From Phoronis australis (Eukaryota; Animalia; Phoronida), in NCBI GenBank assembly GCA_002633005.1, contig NMRA01000460.1, forward strand, positions 298,244 through 362,243: DNA of 64,000 nucleotides, written 5' to 3'. The position numbers were made by a program, and so were the translations under genes. Under the pieces are notes generated by a model, which was given only the letters and a program-made list of their open reading frames with translations, was not told where the DNA came from and searched no databases. Below, piece after piece: positions 50,001-59,560 of the stretch (its first letter is position 1; every line of letters starts with the position of its first letter).

Positions 50001-53000
50001 GTTTTTCGTGGCTGGTCGAGCGCTGACCAGGGACAGATAGAACCTGGTGTAAAAGTAACCGTACCCTTGAAGAAATTGTCCGGCTTGCGTGTATTTGAAT
50101 GAAGCATCCGGGTAATACACTGACGTTTGCTGGCATTCAAATGCCTTCAGCTAGGACATTCTCTGCAGGGGGACAATCACAATTACCACACCGGGACACA
50201 TAGAACCAGGGTCACATATACTCCTCCGTTGCACATAAATTTGGACACATTACATGTATATGCAGTACCCGGACAAATAGAACCCTGAAATACATAAAAC
50301 CGGAAACACAGAACCCGGGACACATCGGGATGACCCTCACTAAATGATTTTTGTCTCTCTGAAATAAGTCTCAAGGATACATGTACATGTATCATGAATG
50401 TCGGACAGCTCTACAAAGTGTCCCGAAATGTTATCGCAATTCAAATGATAATTGTTCATAGACTTAGGCGCTAAGTTAGTGTTTTAAATTCGAAAACTGT
50501 AGATCAAAAAAAGTTTTTAATTTCATATGGACATAAATTCATTAGTAACAATTAAACTCAATGCTCATTGACTTGGTAAGTTTATCGTTGCACTTCCTTG
50601 GTGTTTTTAGTTCCCCGTAGTATTGCGCAATGAATTTTTGTTCTTCAAAATTGAATCGCTTGCTTCCCATTAGCGTACATACTACACAGACAAAGCACGT
50701 CAAGAGTTACACACCAACGTTAGAGATAAGGTGAAACCATGCAGTACGCGCACGCACAATCTCAGTGGTCCACGGCCGGGACTGAATTTGAACTCAAGGC
50801 GTTGAAGTTTGTGCATTTTTGAGACACACTCTGTATCGTTTTCCCAAGCCACCTACTGTAAAACTGGACTTCCGGCCGTGTTTCAACTAGGACTACACCT
50901 GTATATTACTCATAAGTTTTAACAAGGGATTTTGAAACAGTCTCAAAGATCATATCCCAGGATCTTGGAACCTCACATTTTCAAAACATTCTTTCAAATA
51001 ATGACCATATGCATGAAACTGGATCATGATAAAACGAATTTTAACCTTACCGACAACGGTAAGAACTAAGCTGTCCGTCTCTGAGCTGACCAGCGACTAG
51101 CTTTAGCTATCGAACTCCCTGCTTCCGCAAAGTTAGAACCCGGCTACATTTACTTGAAGCAGCTCCCAGCTAAGCGTCAACGCGCTGAGTCTAGGTTCAT
51201 TATTACTATCAGTGAAGCTTTGTTGGTTCACAGTTACTCAAATCCTGAAGGCTACACCCGGCCCGATATTGCCCCCAACTTATGGCGGACTTGGGGGTCC
51301 GTTACGTATGAAGCGCCATCTGGAGAACNTCGAATTGATTTGTGCCCCTCTTCAATAGTTTTTGCATTCCCACGGACCTGAGTTAGCGTTGACGCTGGAA
51401 ATTTTTCTTCAGGCAGAGTTGCTGTATTTGATGAGCGTTGCCGGCGCCATCTATCAGATTAACATATATGTCTCATTGCAGGCGCAGAATGTTCCAACAT
51501 CCACGACACTGCGGCGTGCGACAAATGGGCCGCAAGAGGGGAGTGTGCCAAGAACCCCCAATGGATGTTACCCAATTGTGCTCTGGCATGCGACGAATGC
51601 GGTCAGTGCTTGATGTAATATTTGGTGTGGCACTATAGTGTACATGCAAAAAACATGTTTCCGTTAGCTAACGTGATAAGAGACTTCCACTTAGAAGTGA
51701 TTTTCAGTACAAGAATTTATTGAGCCAAGTCAATCTGTGCTCATTTTGAAAAAAATGCTCGACGTAGACGACTTTAATCTTTGATTTTTTGTGTTCTGTA
51801 ACGTGTTTTACTCATTTGGTAACAATACAGTGCGTTGTTACCCTGAAATGGCCGATCTGTAGGGGAATCCGCTCATACAGGTGAACACAGATGCCAGTGA
51901 CCAGGGAGTATCGCTGCTTTGTGGCCTGGCCAGTTGGGAAGACATCGACTATTTTCGTAGCCTAGAATACTAAAATACCCGAAATGTTCCAAATGGATCC
52001 GTTCTTGTGTGACTACGGCGTTTGTTAACGAAATGATTCGAAATCTAGAGAAAACATAGTATCTTTTAAATTGAAAGCATATCTCTTGCCATTATACAAA
52101 AGGTACAAATCCAAGACCTCAGCCACCAACAGCGCCAAGACCCACGGCGACACCGACAAGGGCTGTTCCACCATCTGGAGGTAACGTGCAAACTACATCG
52201 TGAATAAAATAATATAGAGAGCTTGCAAACTGAGAGTATGAAAAATTACCCGGTTTCACCCGTTCAAGTTAATAACGTTGTTGTCAATTTAACAGCGCCT
52301 CCACACGGCTCAATTTGCTCAAACGTGCTCACTGACAGTGACAATGGTCACCTGGGATTGATTTTGAAGACCGTATGTGTTAATAAACGTGGAGAGAACA
52401 GTGGCCGAATACCACGCTACTGTAATGACTTACAAAGAATATTAACTCCCTGAGGCATACCCGTAACTTCGTTCCCATTGTCTGCTGAACATGTATTGTC
52501 TTTATTATTTCTTATTGATTATTCTTTGGCTAGGTTGCAATACTCCTCTGATGCAGACCGGAGTTGTACAGGATCGTCAGATATCGTCATCTGGTCACGT
52601 TGCAGAGTGCCCTAAGTCCCATGCCAGATTAAACAGTCAAAACACCGCCAATGGCTCACCCGCGTGCTACGCATGGTGTACGATGTCCCTTGGCGATCCG
52701 TGGATACAAGTGAATTTCGGCATCAGGTGAATAGACAGATTTTCGTATCCATCGTCATACAGACATCTTTGTATGAATTCAAATATTCGTGCACTCGTTT
52801 GAGAAATATGCTATAGCATTTGATTTTGCTTCGGCAACCAAGCCATGAAGTTTGTTATAAAAGGAAACTGCAGTTAAAAGTGGAGTGTAACCATAGATTA
52901 AATATTTTGAATGCGTCACGGCACGTTGAAAACTTTTCGCTCGCGGCGCAAAGCGGCACCTGGCTTCTTCTATGGTCGATAAGAGAAGACGGCTCATTTC

Positions 53001-56000
53001 TCCCAGTTACTACCGCCTGGTAGTGGCTTTGCTTCCAACAAAAAACGACAAAGAAGTGATTGTATTTCTTTCATATTCAGATAAACGATTTCATTGTTAT
53101 GCGCCATCATATTTATATGTGGACGCATTATGCCGTCATCTCCGTCCGTCCATCCGTCCGGCGTCCGACGTCTGCTGCTCTATCTCCAAAACGCCTAGAT
53201 GTATTTTCATGAAATTTTGCTGATATGTTTCTTCTGTAAATGGAGCAGCACGAGCAAATTTTCGGACGGATCCGACTACCAGTGTGCCCCTAGTGGCAAT
53301 TTTAGTTTTTTACGTTTACCACTGTATCTTTAAAGGTCTTGAATGGATTTTTATAAAAATTGGTATATAAGACACCTATTAGCGCGATGACACTATACCC
53401 ATTTTTGGATGGATTTGACGTAGTTTGCGCCACCTAGTGGCCATTTTTACTGTTTTCGAGTCTGTTATTTGGCGTCCACTCGTCTATCAACCAAACCGCT
53501 TTCACGATAATTGTGAAAATTGGCATGTATGTTTTTACTATGAAGTGGACGGCTGACGGTGATTTTCAGACGAGTTTGAATAGTGGAGCGCCTCCTAGTG
53601 GCAGTTTTTTGCGCTCATGGCTGTATCTCCTAAACCGTTTGCAGGATCTTTACTTAATTTAGCAAGTGTACATATGTGATGCTTGCAACGGACGACGACG
53701 ACTTTCGGACAGATTTGACTACTGGTGTGTCGCCTAGTGGCAATTTTTTACGTTTTCCAGTCTATCTTCAAAGGTACTCAACAGATTTGCATAAAATTTT
53801 GAATATAGGATTCTATTGGTGAAATGACGCTATCATCCTGTTTTTGTATGGAATCGAGGTGTTTTTGCGCCACCTAGTGGCCATTTTTGGTGTTTCAACT
53901 CTTGTTTTTGGCGTCCACCTCTGTATCAACCAAATCATTCGGGGATGGTTTTGAACATTGGCGCATAAGTTGTCAGTGTGAAAAGGACGTTTGATGATGG
54001 CGACTGACAACTGTGGCGCCTCGTAGTGGTAGTTTCGTTTTGTTTTGCGACCATAGCTGTATCTCTGAAACCCACTGCAAGATCTTTATTAAATTTATTA
54101 AGTGGATTTATATGAGATAACAGACGACTTCCAGGCGGATCGAACGGTCGCTGTGCCCACAAGTGGCAATTTGTTTTTTTTTCTGTTTTCCTTTGTTTCT
54201 CTGAAGTTCCTTGACAGATTTTTATGAAATATGGCATGTGCCCGTTTTTGGATGGCTTGTGCGTTTTTGTGCCATCTATTGGCCATTTTTATAATACAAA
54301 TATATAACCCTAAAAGCTCACCATTTCCGATGCATTCGTGGACGCATTTCAATGCTCCGCGTTGCTCTTGATCAATTCTTTGTACACTTGAATAGGCGGG
54401 AACCTGCATTTCAATGGGTGCCGCACAGAGGACGGGAGTGAATTGCACTCCTCTTACATAGGACAATATTTTGCATTAGACTTTAAAAAATGTGTTATCC
54501 ATGCATAGTGGACACAGCGCTGGCAGATCAAAAGAAGCTGGAATTAGTCAGTGTTTTAACTCGGTTTTTAATTTACTTTTCTAGAGAGTAAACCACAATG
54601 ACATGTGATCGGAATTTCATGTCATAAATGAATCAAAATAAAAACATTCCATGAATAGTTCTGTGTAAATGGGTCACAGGTGACTACAGTGGAAAGTCTC
54701 TGGTTTCGGTTGCATAAAACAGAGAACAAAACTTTATAGGGATTACGTACATGTATTCGATCCCATTTTTGGCAACCTGAGCTTAAGGCTTGGCGATTTC
54801 GTTTCAATGTGGAAAACATTTTAATAAACAAAAACAGAAGTACTTGAATGACTTAAAATATGATTCCCTGTTTGATACAACTGACGCTATGCACGAGGGC
54901 GTGTTCTGCATAAATAGATGTTACTAAAACAAACACATAACAATTTAAGGGCCTAATCTATTCAACCTGCAGCCCTTGACCAAATAGATTCGAATATTGT
55001 ATTACATGTATGTAATTAGAATTGCGCATTCTAAACCTAAGGCCTTAGACTGATGTCAAGAAGAAGGTAGATGTTGTGAAGATACTAAACCATATCTAAT
55101 GTAACTGATTGCTCTTTTGGGCAAAAGCAAACATTCGTAAAACATCACAACATAAACTGCTGCCCTTGGAATGCCGGTGGTAATAAATATGAAATTAATG
55201 AATTTCAAGATGATTTTCATTGAAAAGAGTTCAACAGTTACAGATAAAGTATTTTACATTGTCTCTAAGCAAATAAATCAAACAGCCAATAACCTGTTTG
55301 CTCCACGAGTTCGTTTGTACATATGTTATGGTAAGTTTTCCTTCTTATTTGTGGTTCCTGCTTAAAATTATTTTCTTCGCTACAACAACATATCGCTCAT
55401 TTTGGTTGATTTTAGATTGCACTCGTCTTGTTCTTAGATATATCCCTCTACTGCTTAGTTAAAAACGCCACAGCATAAAGTAAACGCATTTTGACATTTG
55501 ATAGCATGATTACTAGAAACAACTGGATTTGGAAAGCTATGAAATGAAAGATTTGGCTGCTTCAACCAAGAATCATTGCAGTTTATGCCTGCGCAATACT
55601 GCACACGAGCATTGACATATTGGCGGACGACCGCAGCTTTTCTCGCAGCACGGCCTTAGGACAATACTGCCCGCTACAGGAAAAGTCGTGACGCATATCG
55701 GGGTATTAAATCTATGCTGTAACTCTGTAGTCACACGTACACAGTAGGTTTACTCACCGGTTCAATGAAACTAGCAGAAATTATAGGGATAGAACGTTGT
55801 GGAATTCTACTGTTTGAAAATCGTCGAGCGCTGTCAATCAAGTCATTTTAGTCAGCAGGAGTTTAGCTGCCGACCCAAGAAAGTTTTTGGAAACAGACTA
55901 AAACTATTTCGCACTTTTCAGATACCGAATTACGGCTGTCAAGGTTCAAGGACGCGGCGATAACAATTATCACTTAAATACGTACACACTAAAGTACAGT

Positions 56001-59000
56001 AACAATGGCCGCTACTGGGCTCTGTACCTGGACAGGACGAGAGATTCAACGGTGAGTTGATAGAATTATTTGCTCTTGTCTGATTTTGCAGAGTGTGTAA
56101 CCAAATCTATCCCTGTGCTGGATGGGAAGAGTTGTACGACTTGCTAAGATACAAAACAGAATTTGTTTGAAATCATTTAAGTTTGAAGGATGGATATAAT
56201 ACTGAGCCACTTCCCGGGATACAACATAGCTCCCAACTGATTCATGTGGTCGCAAAATCGGCAAATTTTATCCAACAACAGGGGACGCGCACATGTGTAC
56301 CTTTGTTAAAGTTCAGAATGTGTACATGTACGCAGTTAAAGTTTACACTATGTGTGACGCTAAGATATGTCCAATTTGTGCCAACTAATTGAATTCACAC
56401 GAAACTTTCAAATACTATGCTTTTTACACGGTTCTCCGAAACGTTGTTACGAATTGTTTTTAAATGTTTCACTTTTGCATGACATGTTGTGATTTTTAAG
56501 AAGAAGTTAAAATGCATAAACAAAAACGAAACGATAATCTGCTGTCAATGTTTTTGGAAATTTTTCTTGAACATTTATGTCATAAAAAATTGGTCCTAAT
56601 TATTGATCCTGCACTTTTGTTATGAATTTACCTTTCATTTGTGCTAAATGTGCCTAAAATCAAGATCACGTTTTCTTATTATTGACAGATTGGTATCAAA
56701 TCAAAAGTCAAATTTTAACGAATTTCTGCTTTCAGAAAATATATACCTATGCTGAGTTAAAGATATCTCAAAACTTATTCACAAAAATCGGCCGTGTTTA
56801 CAATATTTGACATAGGTCTGGCAAAATGCCTTATCTTCATGTTCGAGTACCTTCAAGTACGAAATATATTACGTGTAGGCAAAAAAACATTTAGTAGAAC
56901 CACCTTCAACAAGTGATAATTTTTTATACTAGACAAAGCTCAAAGGCTATGGAGCTGTCACCCAAATCGAATCTCCCGCCTTGCATGTGCACTTCCCACA
57001 ATGTGAACACTCCTTTCATTTAATAAATCGCCATAAGATTGACAAGGTATACAAACGGGTGAGAAACAACATGACCGCCAGTCCTCAAATCCCACCGACT
57101 CACCACAAAACAGCACCTACGGGGAATCAATTGGAACCAACGCACCTAAAAACATGACCGCCCCACCACTAAACAGGACCGGCGGAGACAGTACATGACC
57201 GCCAGGGATTGAAATTTGACTCCCCCCCACCGATCAATTATGATGACATATAAACAATAGAAAGAAGGTCGATATTTAGAATTAATAAATCTTTCTAAAA
57301 AGCAACCATGTCGCGCATTTGTAGCTAAATAATTATAATTTTATCAACGGTTTTAGTTTTAGAATAGAGTGAAACTCATTTTTTTCCAATTTGATGTTTA
57401 AGAAGTCGAAAAACGCTACCTGGTTCTCGGGTAAAGTGTCGTCATTACTAGCCTTGGTGCAAAGCTGTAAACTAAATACACACCTTTTTGCCAAAGTAGG
57501 TAAAAATGACAAAATAAAATTTGACACCAAATTAGTGTCATTAAAAACGACAACTTTACTTGAGAAAACTTAAATTATTCATCGGCGTTCGGGAAGAATT
57601 GGCGTTCTGCCGTTATTCTGCAGCTAAAATTATGATGCATCCTTTTGCGTCGGCTTTCGCCGCCAATTATTGTGTCAGCTTTTGGTCAGTTTCTTATTTC
57701 CCTGATTTTTCAGTCATCTGTTACTCTCTTCCACTAGGTTGCGTACATGTCAGAACAAATTTCCGGAACTGGTTTCATTTCGTTACAAGGTTTTAGGATT
57801 TTAAGAACATCAAGCCGAATTTCAGAACAAATTTTGCTGGGATGTTGTCACCATCTTCCGAGAGATGTTTGCAAAATTTTAAGAAATGGCGCCTGCGCGT
57901 GTCATGAGTGTTGGTTGACTCCCAGTTTTTTTCATAATATACCCCTGCGGTCGTTGGCTCTACATGCTGATGTAAGTTTCACGACAAGGTAACTACCAAA
58001 ACTACCCGAGCTATGTGAAATTTCGTGGTCGAACGGAACTCAAGACACAGTGGTACTTACAGGTAGATGTATTTTGATGATATTCTTCAAACAGCTAGCT
58101 GGCTGGCTATAACCTGGCAGCAGTTTCATACAGCAGAAATAAAAGCCAGCCAGACAGCTAGCTGCATGAAGGCTACAATCAATACCGGTAACTACAGTTT
58201 GTGCGGCGGTCCTGTTTTGTGGTGGGGCGGTCATGCTTTCAAGTGCGTCTGTCTCATTTTCTGGTTCGGCGGTCACATCTGATTCCCGTAAGTCCATATT
58301 TGTGGTGAGTCGGTCCAATTTGGAAAACTGGCTGTCATGTTTTGGGTCCGGCGGTTGTGTTGTTTCTCAACCGTGATACCGTCGCTGCACGGCTTCTGAT
58401 ATCACAAACGAGTAGCAACTTATGAAAACAGATAAATGCGCACCCAAAACTCATTCGTTTTACCGGTAATGAGACGTTTCGATCCCGTGGTCACGGCGTG
58501 CTCTTTAAGCACAGATACTCTATTCCTATTTTTATTTCGGCGTTGGCTTCTTTCAGGCTCCACGGCACGTGCTTCGACATGTTTGTGTACTATGATTTAC
58601 TGTTGACCTGTTTTAATATGTCAAGAGATGAACTCCTCCACTGATCTAATTTCTATCGATGTAACGTAACTCAAATTACAAAAAAGTGACAATTGAGTTA
58701 ATCACGCACTGGCAATTTAACTGAAATTACAATTGGCTTTGAAATAGCTAAAAAGGTTAAAATACGTATGGGTAATATTCAGACCAAAAACAGTCTAGTG
58801 GTTAATAGGAAACCGTCTGATTTTCACGACTCCTAAGATTAGCGGCTTTTTATAGGCTTTGGCAATAATTTAAACTTATTAGGAACACGAAAACGGATCG
58901 GTGAATTTCAAAGAAGCTTTCCCATTTGCTTATTTACTCATGAACCCATTTCTCTTTTAAACTCCTAATTTTGGTACCGTGGCGTAAGACGAACGAATAC

Positions 59001-59560
59001 GACTTCTAGTTTTCAAAAATACCTTACGTTTTGTGAGTTAATTCGGCATAGAAACAAACCGAGCGTTTATGAGGTAAATTGTCAATTTCTCATTGAAAAA
59101 GGATTGCATTAAAATCGGCCCAGCGTTTATTTCGCTATGATTGTACCTTTCTTAGAAATGAAATTTTGAATTGAAAATGTAGTAACGTAATTGGTATGGC
59201 ACATACATATGAAACATTTTTTTATAATTTCTGATCTTTTTCCCTCATAGAATATATACTTTTGCTAGTTGAAATAGCCTTGCTTTATATGTGTATGAAT
59301 TAGAATGGACTCTAAATATGGTTTGAGATATCCTTAAATTCTATACTTTTGTAGAAATTTTGCTAAAAGAAAAAAATCCTACATAACTTTAATATCAGAT
59401 ACAATTTGCTTTATAGTCATTACTGGCCGGTCAAGGCAGTGTTAGCACAACGCTCAATCCTCCACTGGAAACCAGATTTGTTAGAATTGTTCCCAGGACT
59501 TGGACACCACAAACAGTCGCCTGTCTCCGTTTTGAACTCTACGGATGCCCAGAGGAATAA
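4899..59560 (+). CDS. Multi-exon mosaic astacin metalloprotease gene (astacin-EGF-CUB-EGF-TSP1-MAM-ShKT x3-F5/8C), 5' part not in the window
   Basis: 20 exons with AG acceptors, GT donors (one GC) and fully compatible phases. They total 2852 nt, i.e. 2 nt plus 950 codons ending in TAA. The protein carries the HExxHxxGxxHE and SxMHY motifs. Confidence 0.9.
5159..6789 (-). mobile_element. Non-autonomous Kolobok-type DNA transposon, family A copy 1
   Basis: TTAA at 5155-5158 and 6790-6793; imperfect TIRs AGGAGAATGACTCCC / AGGAGAATGCCACCT. It is an inverted, diverged homologue of 26744-29893. Confidence 0.8.
6806..7110 (+). repeat. Dispersed repeat, diverged direct copy of about 57580-57910
   Basis: Shared blocks include gctaaaatt, ggttgcgta and ccgaat.t.agaacaaattttgctg.gatgttgtca. 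Confidence 0.55.
10150..10900 (-). pseudogene. Degenerate C-terminal fragment of a DNA-transposon protein (possibly Sola3-type)
   Basis: Broken reading frames give GC..F...(decayed C2H2)...RESALD, then GWALHKDKRSSRFP, KCSPAVVSKDMRV and DWLKQAQIRASF, matching a remembered GWALK...RF...K.DP..VA..MR...L...QI..FF pattern. The superfamily assignment is from memory. Confidence 0.45.
12039..12126 (+). CDS. Astacin catalytic domain exon b (phase 2-0)
   Basis: tttcag|(G)CYSSFGKRTSTRPKYWVTGVLLGNDACLR|gtaagt; has the GCYS.xG motif and second Cys. Confidence 0.9.
12802..13002 (+). CDS. Astacin catalytic domain exon c with zinc-binding motif and Met-turn (phase 0-0)
   Basis: VGTVIHEIGHAIGRVHEQAREDG...PYDYTSLMHYGTK; tttcag acceptor and gtactg donor. 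Confidence 0.95.
13207..13336 (+). CDS. Astacin catalytic domain exon d (phase 0-1)
   Basis: GFAVLPGEDVMKALDADLSSLMNGGVLLSYYDQKVLNVAYNCS|gtaagt; matches the LS..D...N..Y.C terminal motif. Confidence 0.9.
14395..15237. mobile_element. Non-autonomous TIR element with subterminal cgacc repeats
   Basis: Left end cggattgttctaaaaccccc versus reverse complement of right end cggactgctctaaatccccc; no clear TSD. Confidence 0.5.
18469..18576 (+). CDS. EGF-like exon following the astacin domain (phase 1-1)
   Basis: (R)GCSIRSCENEGFVTKHCRCKCLPFFGGSRCERVTT|gttggt; six-Cys pattern typical of BP10/SpAN/NAS-type astacins. An alternative in-frame acceptor exists at 18442. Confidence 0.85.
20038..20562 (+). 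mobile_element. Short Kolobok-type non-autonomous element, family B copy 1
   Basis: TTAA followed by AGAGGCGTGGAACG at the left end. Inverted homologue of 36611-37124; the right end is degenerate. Confidence 0.6.
21869..21972 (+). CDS. CUB domain exon 1, copy A (phase 1-0)
   Basis: (G)CGGVLNVRDNFFIKSPGYDQGSYQNGLKCAWIVK|gtaagc. Confidence 0.9.
22221..22345 (+). CDS. CUB domain exon 2, copy A (phase 0-2)
   Basis: SPPKTIMKLEFLDFDVEDDFANSLCKDSLEVRHIGIGVMGL(R)|gtaaaa. Confidence 0.9.
23196..23441. mobile_element. MITE, possibly PIF/Harbinger-type (second copy at 26250-26494)
   Basis: Imperfect TIRs gaacccgttccaagaaaat / attttctttgaacggtccc, flanked by CAG on both sides. Confidence 0.5.
23542..23669 (+). 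CDS. CUB domain exon 3, copy A (phase 2-1)
   Basis: FCGDQMRRKFETRYNNLMLIFRSNSNNRRRGFKVKVKVEPDT|gtaagt. Confidence 0.9.
24232..24561 (-). mobile_element. 3' end of a CR1/L2-like LINE, cut off by the N gap
   Basis: Minus strand 24561-24457 reads LLLNGSPNLDFVLNEFLLSNVSKFLYTVYQYCCI*, resembling a LINE ORF2 C-terminus. A 3' UTR with AATAAA follows near 24245-24250. It is absent at the homologous site (30437). Confidence 0.55.
24931..25034 (+). CDS. CUB exon 1, copy B
   Basis: Same splice sites as copy A; one change, F->V (TTC->GTC). Confidence 0.75.
25277..25401 (+). CDS. CUB exon 2, copy B
   Basis: Same splice sites as copy A; changes M->L and I->M. Confidence 0.75.
26595..26722 (+). CDS. CUB exon 3, copy B
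   Basis: Same splice sites as copy A; one synonymous change (CGG->CGC). Confidence 0.75.
28281..29030 (+). pseudogene. Kolobok transposase N-terminus (THAP zinc finger plus downstream Cys/His region), frameshifted, DDE core deleted
   Basis: MPHCCCVPGC...LHRFP, frameshift, W...VCGKHF...LKKAAIPSV (THAP C2CH plus AVPT-like box), frameshift, KFIVDLSKVLELFRRCQVCG...GHSGKWDS. Confidence 0.8.
29030..29346 (-). pseudogene. Truncated KolX-like accessory protein (P2X7 ballast/Zcd-like Cys cluster)
   Basis: GGYMFEPEY...RRGDTSWCKCTVCVVMPNSMECLCCSE matches the Y.FEP...WCxCxxC..M....ECxCCxE pattern; it is convergent with the transposase. Confidence 0.75.
30773..32096 (-). mobile_element. Deleted pogo/Tc1-mariner-type element
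   Basis: TA on both sides; TIRs CCGCGGTTTTCTATAGATAAGCCC / CCGGGGTTTTCCGTAGATAAGCCC. A minus-strand remnant at about 31365-31260, TPPRGYRSPPSYNKLLEFVSSAMRKIPQVIIIRAFEC, resembles a pogo DDE_1 C-terminus. Confidence 0.7.
32644..32751 (+). CDS. EGF domain exon (phase 1-1)
   Basis: (D)CRSNPCQNGGECKTNEIGMAYCKCGESLSGRWCER|gtatgt. Confidence 0.92.
33211..33375 (+). CDS. Thrombospondin type-1 exon (phase 1-1, GC donor)
   Basis: (V)NGKWAEWGTWTSCQGGCGVQTRFRQCTNPTPANGGRQCYGMDTSFKPCGAWPCS; has WxxWxxW and RxRxC; donor is CAG|gcgagt. Confidence 0.9.
34084..34240. mobile_element. MITE of about 157 bp (inverted copy at 45977-46131, partial copy at about 45830-45900)
   Basis: TIR core GTTCAGTA(G)ACGCTAGGACCT at both ends. 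Confidence 0.7.
34255..35410 (-). mobile_element. Degenerate RLE-type non-LTR retrotransposon (HERO-like), 3' part
   Basis: SGLPGKIKVWRLHFGFLPRLIWP, WLNWDDVEQQVISWNDWW...KFLIQS, a decayed CCHC (CRLC...LKHILS) and FEVGCRGF; contains stops and frameshifts. Confidence 0.75.
35712..36053 (+). CDS. MAM domain exon 1 (phase 1-1)
   Basis: (G)STICTFDK...RCSFRQSHGD...PSVEHTHG...GSYCVRFYYIIT|gtttgt; has the CxF[DE], PxxD/EHT and CxxFxY motifs. Confidence 0.85.
36611..37124 (-). mobile_element. Short Kolobok-type non-autonomous element, family B copy 2
   Basis: TTAA at 36607-36610 and 37125-37128; TIRs AGAGACCTTGAACG / AGAGGCATGGAACG; inverted homologue of 20038-20562. Confidence 0.65.
38813..38985 (+). 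CDS. MAM domain exon 2, copy A (phase 1-0)
   Basis: cttag|(G)RMLVGVTAYRSSNGRRGDQIYNSFRSTRSSAADWKWELYEHEIDKNALDPRIRFPFE|gtataa; it bridges the phase-1 and phase-0 neighbouring exons. Confidence 0.8.
39300..39935 (+). repeat. Direct duplicate of 38663-39298 across the N at 39299, including an identical MAM exon 2 at 39450-39622
   Basis: 636 bp with about 6 substitutions, all intronic. Confidence 0.9.
39885..40115 (+). mobile_element. Probable degenerate tRNA-derived SINE
   Basis: A-box-like gaggttagcg, B-box GGTTCAAATC at about 39927, and a tail gtgaaagcg...tattactat. Confidence 0.4.
41077..41212 (+). CDS. MAM domain exon 3 plus Pro/Thr linker (phase 0-1)
   Basis: IVISAMKQEGIGYASIDDIVVTRGKCPIKPNAPTLSPPTTRPPPT|gtaggt; has the terminal IDDI.....C motif of MAM. 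Confidence 0.88.
43113..44423 (+). mobile_element. Helentron/DINE-1-like non-autonomous element (HINE), copy 1
   Basis: 5' subTIR tgcgcccac, (GTCC)n microsatellite, internal tandem repeats of about 150 bp, 3' subTIR gtgggcgca, terminal hairpin caacgc-tcc-gcgttg, T-rich flanks. Confidence 0.8.
44874..44993 (+). CDS. ShKT domain exon 1 (phase 1-1)
   Basis: [39 protein letters not shown]|gtgagt. Confidence 0.92.
45268..45387 (+). CDS. ShKT domain exon 2 (phase 1-1, NAGNAG acceptor)
   Basis: [39 protein letters not shown]|gtaagt; the acceptor cagcag allows a start at 45268 or 45271. Confidence 0.92.
49038..50336. mobile_element. Non-autonomous TIR element with 16-bp subterminal repeats (MuDR-like)
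   Basis: ggttctatgtgtccc repeats at the left end, gggacacatagaacc repeats at the right end, GGG...CCC termini, and degenerate 9-bp flanks agactaaac / tcactaaat. Confidence 0.5.
51482..51601 (+). CDS. ShKT domain exon 3 (phase 1-1)
   Basis: AECSNIHDTAACDKWAARGECAKNPQWMLPNCALACDEC|gtcagt. Confidence 0.92.
52103..52180 (+). CDS. Pro/Thr-rich linker exon (phase 1-1)
   Basis: (G)TNPRPQPPTAPRPTATPTRAVPPSG|gtaacg; weak AAG acceptor, symmetric phase. Confidence 0.7.
52534..52726 (+). CDS. F5/8 type C (discoidin) exon 1 (phase 1-2)
   Basis: (G)CNTPLMQTGVVQDRQISSS...HARLN...AWC...PWIQVNFGI(R)|gtgaat. Confidence 0.9.
53097..54370 (+). mobile_element. Helentron/DINE-1-like element, copy 2
   Basis: Same architecture as 43113-44423 and collinear with it. 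Confidence 0.8.
55922..56051 (+). CDS. F5/8 type C exon 2 (phase 2-0)
   Basis: YRITAVKVQGRGDNNYHLNTYTLKYSNNGRYWALYLDRTRDST|gtgagt; has the QGR and Y.L.YS.NG..W motifs. Confidence 0.9.
57050..58378. mobile_element. Foldback-like element with long, diverged TIRs of about 150-180 bp (a solo TIR copy is nested at about 31399-31560)
   Basis: acgggtgagaaacaac...gaccgcc...actcaccac...aacaggacc at the left end; reverse complement at 58195-58374. Confidence 0.6.
59417..59560 (+). CDS. F5/8 type C exon 3, terminal coding exon
   Basis: SLLAGQGSVSTTLNPPLETRFVRIVPRTWTPQTVACLRFELYGCPEE*; has the P....RF+R..P..W and LR.ELYGC motifs. Confidence 0.92.
   Translation, partial: SLLAGQGSVSTTLNPPLETRFVRIVPRTWTPQTVACLRFELYGCPEE

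Noticed and set aside
52707-52715. Alternative donor CAA|gtgaat at 52709 for discoidin exon 1
   Set aside because: It is phase 0 and incompatible with the next exon (phase 2); the donor after 52726 keeps the frame and the WIQVNFG motif.
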